Source of the DNA: an uncultured Gemmatimonadaceae bacterium
Lineage (GTDB): Bacteria > Gemmatimonadota > Gemmatimonadetes > Gemmatimonadales > Gemmatimonadaceae
Direction: 5' to 3'
Assembly: GCA_963829055.1 (NCBI GenBank)
Contig: CAWHHI010000003.1
Coordinates: 288,001-352,000, forward strand
DNA: 64,000 nt
In this document: in pieces, positions 53,851 to 62,790 of the stretch
How positions within the stretch are numbered: position 1 is the stretch's first letter
How the letters are laid out: each line of letters opens with the position of its first letter
Program-made: the position numbers and the translations under genes
Notes under the pieces: generated by a model
What the model saw: only the letters and a program-made list of their open reading frames with translations
What the model was told of the DNA's origin: nothing
Database searches by the model: none

Positions 53851-56424
53851 ATGGGCTCGACTCTGTTGCACGACCTGCGCTATGGTGCTCGCGCACTTCG
53901 CGGCGCTGCCGGCTTCACGCTGGTGGCCGTTTCCACGCTGGCACTCGGCATCGGGGCCAACACGGCAATGTTTGGTGTCGTGGATGCGCTGCTCTTCAAG
54001 CCGCCGGCGGAAGTCGTGAGTCCGCGCGACGTCATGAAGGTTCGTGTCGCGGTGCCGCCCCGTGGCGGCGAAGGAAGTCCCGTGCTGTCGTCGGTGCTCT
54101 CCTATCCCGATTTCGTCGACCTGCGAACGCATGCGCGCGGCTTCACGTCGATTGCCGCCTACGCCCGCAACTCGCTGAGCATCGGCGAAGGGACCGAAGC
54201 CAAGCAGCAGCAATCGTTGCTCGTGACAGGGACGTACTTCCCGCTGCTCGGCGTTCGGCCGGCCATCGGCCGGTTGATCGGGCCGACCGATGACCTGGAG
54301 AACGCCGCGGTCCCGGTGGCTGTACTGAGCTGGGACTTCTGGCAGCGCTCGTACTCCGCGGACGCGGCGGTGATCGGCCGGGCGATCCGGATCAACGGGC
54401 GGCCGTTCACCATCATCGGCGTGGCGCCCGAGCATTTCGGCGGCACCGACCTCGACGCGCCGGCGCTCTGGGTGCCCATGGGAACCTCGACCACTCTGGG
54501 CTATGACGCGCGGATGATGCGCTCGCGATTCGCGTCGTGGCTGTCGATCGTTGGCCGACTCGCGCCGGGCACGTCGTTGGAGCAGGCGCAGGCGTCCGCT
54601 CAGGCGGCGCTGCTCGCGGCGCGCGATGCCGGCGAGGCTCCGACGCCCGGTGACGGTCCGCTGGGTGCCGCGCCCGGCGGCGGCGAGGTCCGCGTCGAGA
54701 TCGGCGGACCTGGCCCGGGCGGGCCGGGCAACGGCCCGCGAGCGGCGCCGCCGCCGAGGCAGGTGCGCCTAACGCCGCTCGGTGGGAGCGGCACGTCGGC
54801 ACTGCCGTCGCCGTTCGGCGGGACGCAGCCGGTTCCAGTGTCGCTGTGGTTCCTGGCCGTGACGGGTGCCGTGCTGCTCATCGCGTGCGCGAACGTCGCG
54901 AACCTGTTGCTCGCACGAGCGGCACGGCGCGAGCACGAGATCGCGGTACGGCTCTCGCTGGGCGCGCCGGCCTGGCGCCTAACGCGCCAGCTCATGATCG
55001 AGAGCCTGCTGCTGGCGGCGCTCGGGGGCGCTGGCGGACTGGTGCTCGCGTTCGCCGGCGTGGCGGTGTTGCCGAGTGTGGTGGAGATGCCGCCGATGCC
55101 ACCGTTTCTCGACGCGCGCGTGCTGGGGTTCACGGCTGCGCTGACGCTCGTGACGACGCTCGCGTTCGGGCTCATCCCGGCGATCCGGCTGGCGCGCACG
55201 GATCTGCAGCGCGTGCTGTCGTCGACGGGACGCTCGCGGTCTGGCCGGTCGTTCGGCAAGAACGTTCTGGTCGTCGCGCAACTCGCGGCGTCACTGGTGC
55301 TCGTCATCGGCGCCGGGCTGTTCATCCGGAGCCTGCGGAACGTTCGCGCCGTGAACACGGGATTCGCGGCGGAGCAGGTCGCGTTCGCGTCTGTCGAGGG
55401 TGGCCAGCGGATGACGCGCGAACAGTCGGCGGAATTCTGGCAGCGGGCGGTGGAGCGGGTCCGCGCGCTCCCGGGCGTCCGCAGCGCCTCGCTGGGCGCG
55501 GTGATTCCGTTCGAGATGAACATCATGATGCCCGTCGACGTGCCGGGGTACCAGTCGTCCGACGGCCGCCCGACGCCGGCGCAGATCGACTTCGCGGGGA
55601 CGGACTACTTCTCGACGTTAGGCATCCCCATCCGGCAGGGACGCGCGTTCACGGCCGAGGACCGCGAGGGCGGTGCGCCGGTGGTGATCATCAACGAGAC
55701 GCTGGCACGGCGGGCGTGGGGCGGCGCGTCGCCGATTGGCCGGTGCCTGCGTATCGGCGGCGGTGGCGACGGGCCATGCATGGAGGTGGTCGGCGTGGCG
55801 GCGGATGCGCGGTATGCGGACGTGACGCAGCCGTCACCGCCGTTCGTCTACCGCGCGCTGGCGCAGCGGCCGCGCATGGCGCCGCCGATGACGATCATGC
55901 ACTTCCGCTCGAGCGGCGATCCAGCGGCGGTCGCGGGAGTCGTCAGGCGCGAGCTCCAGGCGCTGGCGCCGAGCGTCCCGTTCGTGCGTGTGGTGCCGAT
56001 GATGGACCTCATCGCGCCGCAGCTCGCGCCGTGGCGGACGGGGACGCTCATGTTCTCCCTGTTCGGCGTGCTCGGGCTCGCGCTGGCGGCCATCGGATTG
56101 TACGGCGTGATCTCGTTCCTCGTCGCTCAGCGTACGCGGGAGATGGGTGTGCGGATAGCGCTCGGGGCGCGCCGCGCCGACGTACTCACGCTCGTGCTGG
56201 CACAAGGCGGGCGGCTGATCGTGACGGGCATTGTGATCGGCGCCGCGGTCGCGATGGCGTCGACGCGGTTATTCGGCTCGATGATGTACGGGGTGAGCGC
56301 GGTGGATCCGGTCGTCTACATCGGGACGGCGGCGTTGTTAGGCGTGGTGGGGTTCGTGGCGCTCATCGTCCCGGCGCGACGGGCCACGAGAGTCGATCCA
56401 CTGGTGGCGCTTCGGGCGGAATAG
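53851..56424 (+). CDS. ADOP-type duplicated ABC permease (intact)
   Basis: [59 protein letters not shown]. Confidence 0.95.
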   Translation: MGSTLLHDLRYGARALRGAAGFTLVAVSTLALGIGANTAMFGVVDALLFKPPAEVVSPRDVMKVRVAVPPRGGEGSPVLSSVLSYPDFVDLRTHARGFTSIAAYARNSLSIGEGTEAKQQQSLLVTGTYFPLLGVRPAIGRLIGPTDDLENAAVPVAVLSWDFWQRSYSADAAVIGRAIRINGRPFTIIGVAPEHFGGTDLDAPALWVPMGTSTTLGYDARMMRSRFASWLSIVGRLAPGTSLEQAQASAQAALLAARDAGEAPTPGDGPLGAAPGGGEVRVEIGGPGPGGPGNGPRAAPPPRQVRLTPLGGSGTSALPSPFGGTQPVPVSLWFLAVTGAVLLIACANVANLLLARAARREHEIAVRLSLGAPAWRLTRQLMIESLLLAALGGAGGLVLAFAGVAVLPSVVEMPPMPPFLDARVLGFTAALTLVTTLAFGLIPAIRLARTDLQRVLSSTGRSRSGRSFGKNVLVVAQLAASLVLVIGAGLFIRSLRNVRAVNTGFAAEQVAFASVEGGQRMTREQSAEFWQRAVERVRALPGVRSASLGAVIPFEMNIMMPVDVPGYQSSDGRPTPAQIDFAGTDYFSTLGIPIRQGRAFTAEDREGGAPVVIINETLARRAWGGASPIGRCLRIGGGGDGPCMEVVGVAADARYADVTQPSPPFVYRALAQRPRMAPPMTIMHFRSSGDPAAVAGVVRRELQALAPSVPFVRVVPMMDLIAPQLAPWRTGTLMFSLFGVLGLALAAIGLYGVISFLVAQRTREMGVRIALGARRADVLTLVLAQGGRLIVTGIVIGAAVAMASTRLFGSMMYGVSAVDPVVYIGTAALLGVVGFVALIVPARRATRVDPLVALRAE

Positions 56425-56503
56425 GAGGGCGGCCTGAGGAAGGAGGCGGAAGGCGGAGCGAAGGCGGATGGCGGAGGGCGGAGCGGCAGCGAGCGGAGCG
56501 CCA

Positions 56504-56629
56504 TGTCATCCCGAGCGCGGGAGCCCGCGCAGCGGGCAGATGAGGGATCTTCTCGATCGTTCTCGTGGCCTGGCCAGCTACAATGACCTCACAGGAGGTC
56601 CCTCGTCGCTAGCGCTCCTCGGGATGACA
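56504..56629. repeat. GTCATYCCGAGC palindromic element flanked by GGCGGAN heptamers and TCCGCGTCA nonamers
   Basis: TGTCATCCCGAG ... CTCGGGATGACA; the downstream ttccgcgtcatccgcgt tract also follows the 7024 copy. Confidence 0.85.
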
Positions 56630-56714
56630 ACGCCCGTATCCGGTGGTTTCCGCGTCATCCGCGTCATCGCTGTTCCCACAGGCCACGGCGTGATGGATCC
56701 GCGCAATCGGGGCA

Positions 56715-57663
56715 TCAGAATTTCACGGAGAACGACACATACGGGATCCCGGGAAACACCATGTCATTCCCCGGCGCGTTCCAGAACGCGAGGTCTGTCG
56801 ACAGCTTCTCGCCGAAGAAGCGCAGGCCGTATGAGATGAGGACGTTCGCGTCCTGGTTCGGGATCACGTAGTTCTCCGTGACGAACGAGACGCGACGACC
56901 CAGCCGTTTCTCGGCGCCGAGCATCGCGACCGGGTAGTCCGCGAACTGGCCGGCGGCGTACGCGAGCCCGGTTCCGAACGAGACGCTGGCGTCAGTCGAT
57001 GCCGGCCGTGCCGACTGCGTAGACGATACCGAAGGTCGCGTTGACGTCGTCGTCGACGAGACCACCGACGATGCCCGCGAGTCCGCCGACCGCTACGTTG
57101 AGCTTGGGTGAGGCGTAGACGCCGAACTTCGGCATGACGAACAGCGCGTTGTCGGAGAAGTCGTCCAGTGGCAGCACCGAGATGCCGCCGCCGAGCGAGA
57201 AGCGCGGACTGATCCCGCCGTGGGCGCTCATGAGGAAGAGGTACGTGTCGTTGAAATAGCCTTCCCCTTTTTCGAGCATGCGACCAGTCGGCGCGAACAG
57301 GAGCCGAGTCGCGTTAGGGTTCGCGGGCCAGACCTCGCCGCTTCGGAGCGACGATGCCGCGACCTCGCGCAGCTCGATGATGTCCGCGCGGGCGAGGGAG
57401 AGTGAGCCCGCCTTGCCGACGAATCGCACCGTGTCCTCGGCGACCTCCGTCACTCGCCCCACGATGGACGATCCGTCGCGAAGCCGAATGATCTGAATCT
57501 GTGTGGGATCCGCCACGCGGATGGCGACCGGTCTGGATACCGGCGCGGGCTGCTGCGCGAGCACGATTCCGGTCGTGGCGACCACCGCCCCCAGCTCGGC
57601 CAGCAGAACGGTCGCGATGCGGATGATCGATCGGGCAATGGCTTCGCGGTGCGTGCGGCGCAT
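56715..57663 (-). CDS. Secreted hypothetical protein, possible outer-membrane barrel (one frameshift near 56995)
   Basis: Signal peptide; I.LRDGS.IVG; NPNATRLLFAPTGRMLEKGEGY; terminal PYVSFSVKF. Confidence 0.75.
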
Positions 57664-57870
57664 AGTGGCCTCCGATTTCAGGACTGAGGGAAGGCGCGAC
57701 TCGCGAGCCGTTCCGTGCACGATCATACCGCCGTGCCCGACGCGGTCGCATGAGCGCCGGTACGTAGCACGAACGCGGAATTGACGTAGAAAAAGGCTCA
57801 GAAAAGGCTCATGGAGGGCTCAATCAGTCTGCCTCTTGAGGCAACGCCGTCCGGCCGGTAGGCTCCGCGC

Positions 57871-58700
57871 ATGACCGCTCGAGCAAAGCCGCGGCGACGT
57901 GAGTGGACACCGCCTGTCGCGTCGTCCTACGCCGAGTACGCCCCGTCGGACGTGTTGCGACCGTTCGTGGAATGCTTCTGGACGCGTGAGGCGGAGAGGA
58001 CACAAACGGTTGCGTCGCAGCCCGGCGTGCAACGCGTGCTGCCCGACGGATGCATGGACGTCATCCTGTCGTTCCCGGAGTGGGACGCGGCACCGGAGTC
58101 CGCGATGGCGGTCGGGACGATGACGAGGGCGCTCGTGCTCGACGCGAGCGTGGCGCCTCAATGTTACGTCGGCGTTCGGTTTCGTCCGGCCAGGGCGGCT
58201 GCTTTTCTGAGCTTGCCCGCGAGCGAGATCACGGACCTCCGTGTGTCGCTCGATGAGCTGTGGCCGGATGCGGCGGAGGTTGGCGAGGCACTCGCCGACG
58301 GGCTCGAGTGTTCGCGAACGAGTGAGGGCGTTCGACCGTGTACTGACGACGCGGCTATCTCCGAGCGCGGTGGCGGACAATCAGCGGGATGTGGACGAGG
58401 CGGTCCGACGGATCGTCGCGGCGGGCGGAAGCTTGGGGCTCACGCGGCTGGCTCCGTCGTTAGGCGTCAGCCGGCAGCATCTGGCGCGGCGGTTCGCGCA
58501 GCTGGTCGGCGTCTCGCCCAAGGTGTTCGCGCGCGTCGTGCGGTTGGGGCGAGTCGTCGAGCGCGTCCGCGCGGCGGCGCCGGGTGAGCACATCCGCTGG
58601 AGCATGTTGGCGCTCGAGCTCGGGTATTACGATCAGTCGCATCTCATCGATGAGTTTCGTGGAGATGACGGGGGTCACGCCGGGAGCGTGGGTGAGGTGA
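57871..58700 (+). CDS. AraC-family regulator (DUF6597 plus HTH; frameshifted)
   Basis: Y.EYAP...LRPFVECFW, RVLPDGCMD, GVRFRP, GVSRQHLARRF...VGVSPK.FARVVR, GYYDQSHL. Confidence 0.9.
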
Positions 58701-58877
58701 GAGGTCGGGATGGGGACTGGGGAGACTGGGGACTGGGGACTGAACGACAACCGGCGGATTCCATTTTTCCAAGACCTTCGGGGCGCATCGTTCTAGCTTC
58801 ATCCTGGCTTCATCGCGAACACAAGCGGGCGCCGCACGAGCGGCCGGACATCACGAGACGAGGAGCGACGGACGACA

Positions 58878-59279
58878 ATGCCTACAATGCAACAGAGTGC
58901 TATGAAGAAGCTGACCCCGGTGATCATGGTCGAGGCCATCGAACCGTGCCTGCCGTTCTGGGATCGGCTGGGGTTCACGAAGACCGCGGAAGTTCCGGAC
59001 GGCGACCGGTTGGGGTTCGTCATTCTCGCGAAGGACAGTGTCGAGGTGATGTATCAGACGCACGAGAGCGTCGAGAAGGACGCGCCGGGGCTCGTGCCTC
59101 GCGCGCATGGTCACGGCGCCGCGCTCTTCATTGAAGTGAGCGACGTCGCGAGCGTCGAGCGCGCGCTGGAAGGAGTCGAGGTGGTGGTGCCGCGCCGAAA
59201 GACGTTCTACGGGATGGACGAGATCGGCGTCCGTGAGCCGGGCGGACATATCGTCATGTTTGCTCAACCGGTCGGCTGA
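58878..59279 (+). CDS. VOC family protein
   Basis: MKKLTPVIMVEAIEPCLPFW...LFIEV.D...RKTFYGM.EIGVREPGG. Confidence 0.85.
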   Translation: MPTMQQSAMKKLTPVIMVEAIEPCLPFWDRLGFTKTAEVPDGDRLGFVILAKDSVEVMYQTHESVEKDAPGLVPRAHGHGAALFIEVSDVASVERALEGVEVVVPRRKTFYGMDEIGVREPGGHIVMFAQPVG

Positions 59280-59287
59280 GATCCGGG

Positions 59288-59421
59288 TGTCATTCCGAGC
59301 GGAGCCGCGAAGCGGCGCGGGTGCCCTCTGGGCGCATCGAGGAATCCTTGCTCTCCCGGCAGAGAGCCCTCTACCGCGCAGGCCGAGGATTCCTCGACTC
59401 GCTTCGCTCGCTCGGAATGAC
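59288..59421. repeat. GTCATYCCGAGC palindromic element
   Basis: TGTCATTCCGAGCG...TCGAGGAATC / GATTCCTCGA...GCTCGGAATGAC. Confidence 0.9.
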
Positions 59422-59429
59422 GAGAGGGG

Positions 59430-59957
59430 CTAGTCGGTTCGCTTGATGCGCTGGGCCGGCGCGCGGAGGAGTGACACCGCGCCGGCCCCATCCCGGACGC
59501 CGACAATGACATCCACGTCGATGCCTGGTCCCCATTTCGGGCCGTCGCGCGCGACCACGTCGAACTCCTTGGCGCCCGGCGTGCGCTGTTGTTCCTCACG
59601 CGGGACCGAGGTCCAGACGTTGTCGCCGTTGACCACCCAGAGGCCCACCACACGCGTACTCGACGGGACGCTCGCGCCATCCACGGAGCGGATGCGTACG
59701 ATACCGACGAGCGGCTTGCCGTTAGGCGGCGAGATCGGCTGAAAGTCTCGCCAGAGGTCTGCGTCGAGCGACAACGCCGTCCCGCCCACCACCACAGTCG
59801 TTGGCGCCACGCGCAGCTCGGCGGGATCTCGCGGCGCGACGGTCGACTCCGGCGTACACGCCACCGCCAGCATCACCACAGCGGTCAGCGCGCGATACCG
59901 CCATGACCACCCTGGTGCGCACCAGGGTGCGCACCCTTTCGTGTCGGCGAACGTCAT
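59430..59957 (-). CDS. Hypothetical lipoprotein
   Basis: VVMLAVAC lipobox; LWRDFQP.SPP.GKPL, ARDGPKWGPG..VDV; start uncertain. Confidence 0.75.
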   Translation of the reverse strand: MTFADTKGCAPWCAPGWSWRYRALTAVVMLAVACTPESTVAPRDPAELRVAPTTVVVGGTALSLDADLWRDFQPISPPNGKPLVGIVRIRSVDGASVPSSTRVVGLWVVNGDNVWTSVPREEQQRTPGAKEFDVVARDGPKWGPGIDVDVIVGVRDGAGAVSLLRAPAQRIKRTD

Positions 59958-60035
59958 CCTATCCTTGGTCTGAGACGGCACGCCGGACGAACGGTCCGGC
60001 CCAATGGATCGGCCCCTTCCAGCACAGCCAAACCC

Positions 60036-60311
60036 ATGTCCACCGACGGGCGTCACGCACCGAACAGTTCAAGGTCAGCGGCGCCAACCTCAAGGCGAAG
60101 CTGAAAGAGATCATCCGCCAGGGCAACGTTAGGCGCGTGGTGATCAAGAACGGCCAGGGTCGGACGGTGCTGGACATCCCGCTCGCCGCCGGGCATCGTG
60201 GGCGCCGCGCTGCTTCCGTTCTGGGCCGCCGTCGGCGGCATCGCCGCGCTCGCCTCGGACTTCAGCATCGAGGTCGAGCGAAACGAGCCGACCGGCATCA
60301 CGAAGAAGTAG
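60036..60311 (+). CDS. DUF4342 domain protein (frameshifted)
   Basis: TEQFKVSG..L..KLKEIIRQGNVRRVVIKN..G.TVLDIPL..G. Confidence 0.85.
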
Positions 60312-60337
60312 CGCGAGCGCCGCACTGGCCGGCGCTG

Positions 60338-60575
60338 CTACCGGCCGCCGTTCAGCTCCTCGACGCGGCGCGCCAGATCGCCAAACGTGCGCAGCCGCTC
60401 GAGGTCGGTCGGGTCGAACTCGATGCGGAAGCGCTCCTCGATCGCCATCACGAGCACGACGAGATCGAGCGAGTTGACACCGAGGTCGCGAAGGGACGAC
60501 GCCTCGAGGATCGTATCGTCCGATACGCCGAGCGACTTCGCGACGAGCCGACGCACCTCGGCGATCGGAATCGGG
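60338..60575 (-). CDS. Acyl/peptidyl carrier protein domain, probably fused to the upstream ferritin-like domain
   Basis: EVRRLVAKSLGV......SSLRDLGVNSLDLVVLVMAIEERFRIEF...L..LRTFGDL; no start codon or RBS of its own seen. Confidence 0.85.
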
Positions 60576-61171
60576 GGTCTCGGTCGCGGTCGGATTCGCG
60601 TAACTGCGCCGCGCGGTACGAGGGGTCGAGCAGCGCTCGCGGGTTGTCGCGGTAGCGCATCGCGGCCTCGTACACGCGCTGATCGACTTCGGTGAACCGA
60701 CGCATCGTCTCGGCCACGAGCGCCGCGCCCTTCTCCGCCGCGTAACGATCGAGGCGGTCCTTCACCCAGCTGATGTGGCCGACTTCGTCCTCGATCATCC
60801 GCTGGAGCGTCTCGATCACCGCGGGATGCATGTTCGGCCACTTGAGGTGCGCGCGGAAGTGGCGGATGACGCGTCGCTCGAACACCTGCGTGAGGGTGAG
60901 GATCTCGAGGAGGCTCGTCGGCGTGCCGATCTCGGCGTAGTAGCGCGTCTGATACGTCTCGGCGACGCGACTTCGGCGTGCCGCCGACTTTCAGAATCGT
61001 CTGCGTCCACAGCCACGCGTGGTTCGCCTCTTCCGCGCAGTGCTCGGTGAGATGCACGCGCAGATCGTCGTCGTCGGTCTCGCGCGCGAGGCGACCCATG
61101 ACGAGCCCTCCCGCGAGCTCCGACTCGCGGTAGTAGCTCAGGATCCAGAGGTCGTTTTCGCTAATTTCCAC
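60576..61171 (-). CDS. Ferritin-like diiron protein B (frameshift near 60968)
   Basis: AAGGAG RBS and GTG; YYRESE...AEEANH...VFERRV...EDEVGH = E, ExxH, E, ExxH ligand pattern. Confidence 0.85.
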
Positions 61172-61896
61172 CGGGAATGGACTCCTTGAGATGTTCGGTC
61201 GGCGCGAGCCCGCAGACGAGGCGGATCTTCCGGTTCACCGCCATGATCGCCTCGAAGTCGTTCTCCTCGGCGACCGGGACCTGCGACGACGTCACTCCCA
61301 TAGTGGCGGAATCGCTCCGCCGCCGCGAGCACCTGCGCGGCGACGTCGGGGTCGGCGGTCGATCCGCTTCTTGAGCACGTCGCCCGCGCTCGCGCTGTGG
61401 CGGAACTCGTCGCGCGACATGTAGCCTAACAGGTCACGCAGCACCGGCTCGTTCGTGCGTCGCGACATGCGCAGGAAGAAGTACGCGGCGAAGAGCTCCG
61501 AGCACATGAAGTTCGTGAGATGCGCGATGAGCTCGTCTTCGACGTATTCGATGGCGAGGGCACGCCCCCGTGCGGCGACGAGTGTCGCTCGCTGAAACTT
61601 CCTCGCGCTGGAAGCCGACGCGGTCGAGGTAGCGCGTGAGGGCCGTGAAGTGCTTGAGCCCCTCGTACAGCTCCATGCTGAGCACAGCCGTCGCATCGAT
61701 GTCATCCCACAGCAGCTGCATGAGACGCGCGGCGTACACGGGCAGATAGCCCTCGATGAGCGCCGCGTCATGCAGCGCCTGATGCAGCTCGCGCTCGGAC
61801 GCCGCGACGCGCTGGTCGATCGCGTCCCACGCGATGGTGGTGTCGAGCGGCCACGCGTTCTCTTCGGTGGCGCGGAGATGAGACTTCGTAGATCAT
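61161..61896 (-). CDS. Ferritin-like diiron protein A, AurF/acyl-ACP-desaturase-like (frameshifted)
   Basis: N-terminal W....IAWD.ID; LIEGY...YEGLKH...MCSE...RDEFRH; ATGA overlap with the methyltransferase. Confidence 0.8.
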
Positions 61897-62790
61897 TGCG
61901 CACGCTCGCTGGTGTCCGGCTGACGTCGTCGTTCGATCTTGCGAGCGACGACGAGCGTCTGCAACCCGACGTCGTCCTGCCGAGTGGTGGCCTCGTGAAA
62001 GCCCGCGATGCGAAGCCAGCGCACGAGCTCGTCGCCGGACGATAGTGCGTGTGGAGCTCCGCGAGCTGTCGCATCAGGTAGTCGGCGATGCGATCGGCCT
62101 GCATGCCGGACGTGACGAACGTACCGCCGTGCCGAAGACGGTCGTGACAGTTCCTGTAGAACTGCACGAGCAGACTCGTCAGCGAGGAATTCACCGAGCC
62201 CTGTGGAGACGATGACATCCAACTCTGACGGGAAACGCCTTCAGATCGAGGGCGTCGCCGTGGGTGAACACGAAGCGATCGTCTTCGCCCGCGAGCTGAC
62301 GCGACAGCTCGAGTGGCGCTGGATCGAGGTCCACACCGAAGAATGTGCTTCGCGCGTAGACCGCGGGGAGCTCATCCTCGATCCGCTTGGCGGCCACCAC
62401 GAGATCGCGCGCAATGCCGCACGGGACCGAGAGAACGCGGAACGGCGCGGTGTCCGGACCGCGCGGATCATTGGCCTTTCGCGTGTGCACCGCACGCGCG
62501 GCGGCGACGATCTCGTGCTGCGTGTGATGGAACCGGTTTCGCATGGAGCGCGCCCCACGCATTCGAAGCAGCATCGCGTCGAGCACGCGGCCGATGCCGA
62601 AGCGCCCACTCGCTTCGTTGCGATATACGTGATCAGCGAAGCGATAGCTGCCGGAGTTCTCGATCCCTTCGCGCGCGAGGTCGCTCGTGCGCATGAGCGC
62701 GTAGATCGGGAGCAGATGCAGCTTGCCCTCGCGCAGCAGCTTTCGCGGGATCGAGTCCGAGGTGCGCGTGCGGTTGTGCAGCGGCGTCAC
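61893..62790 (-). CDS. SAM-dependent methyltransferase, YnbC C-terminal (Methyltransf_20)-like (frameshifted)
   Basis: SGSYRFADHVYRNEASG..GIGRVLD, VLSVPCG.ARD, GVDLD, GDAL, DVIVSTGL.EFL.D; GTGA overlap with the ligase. Confidence 0.8.
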
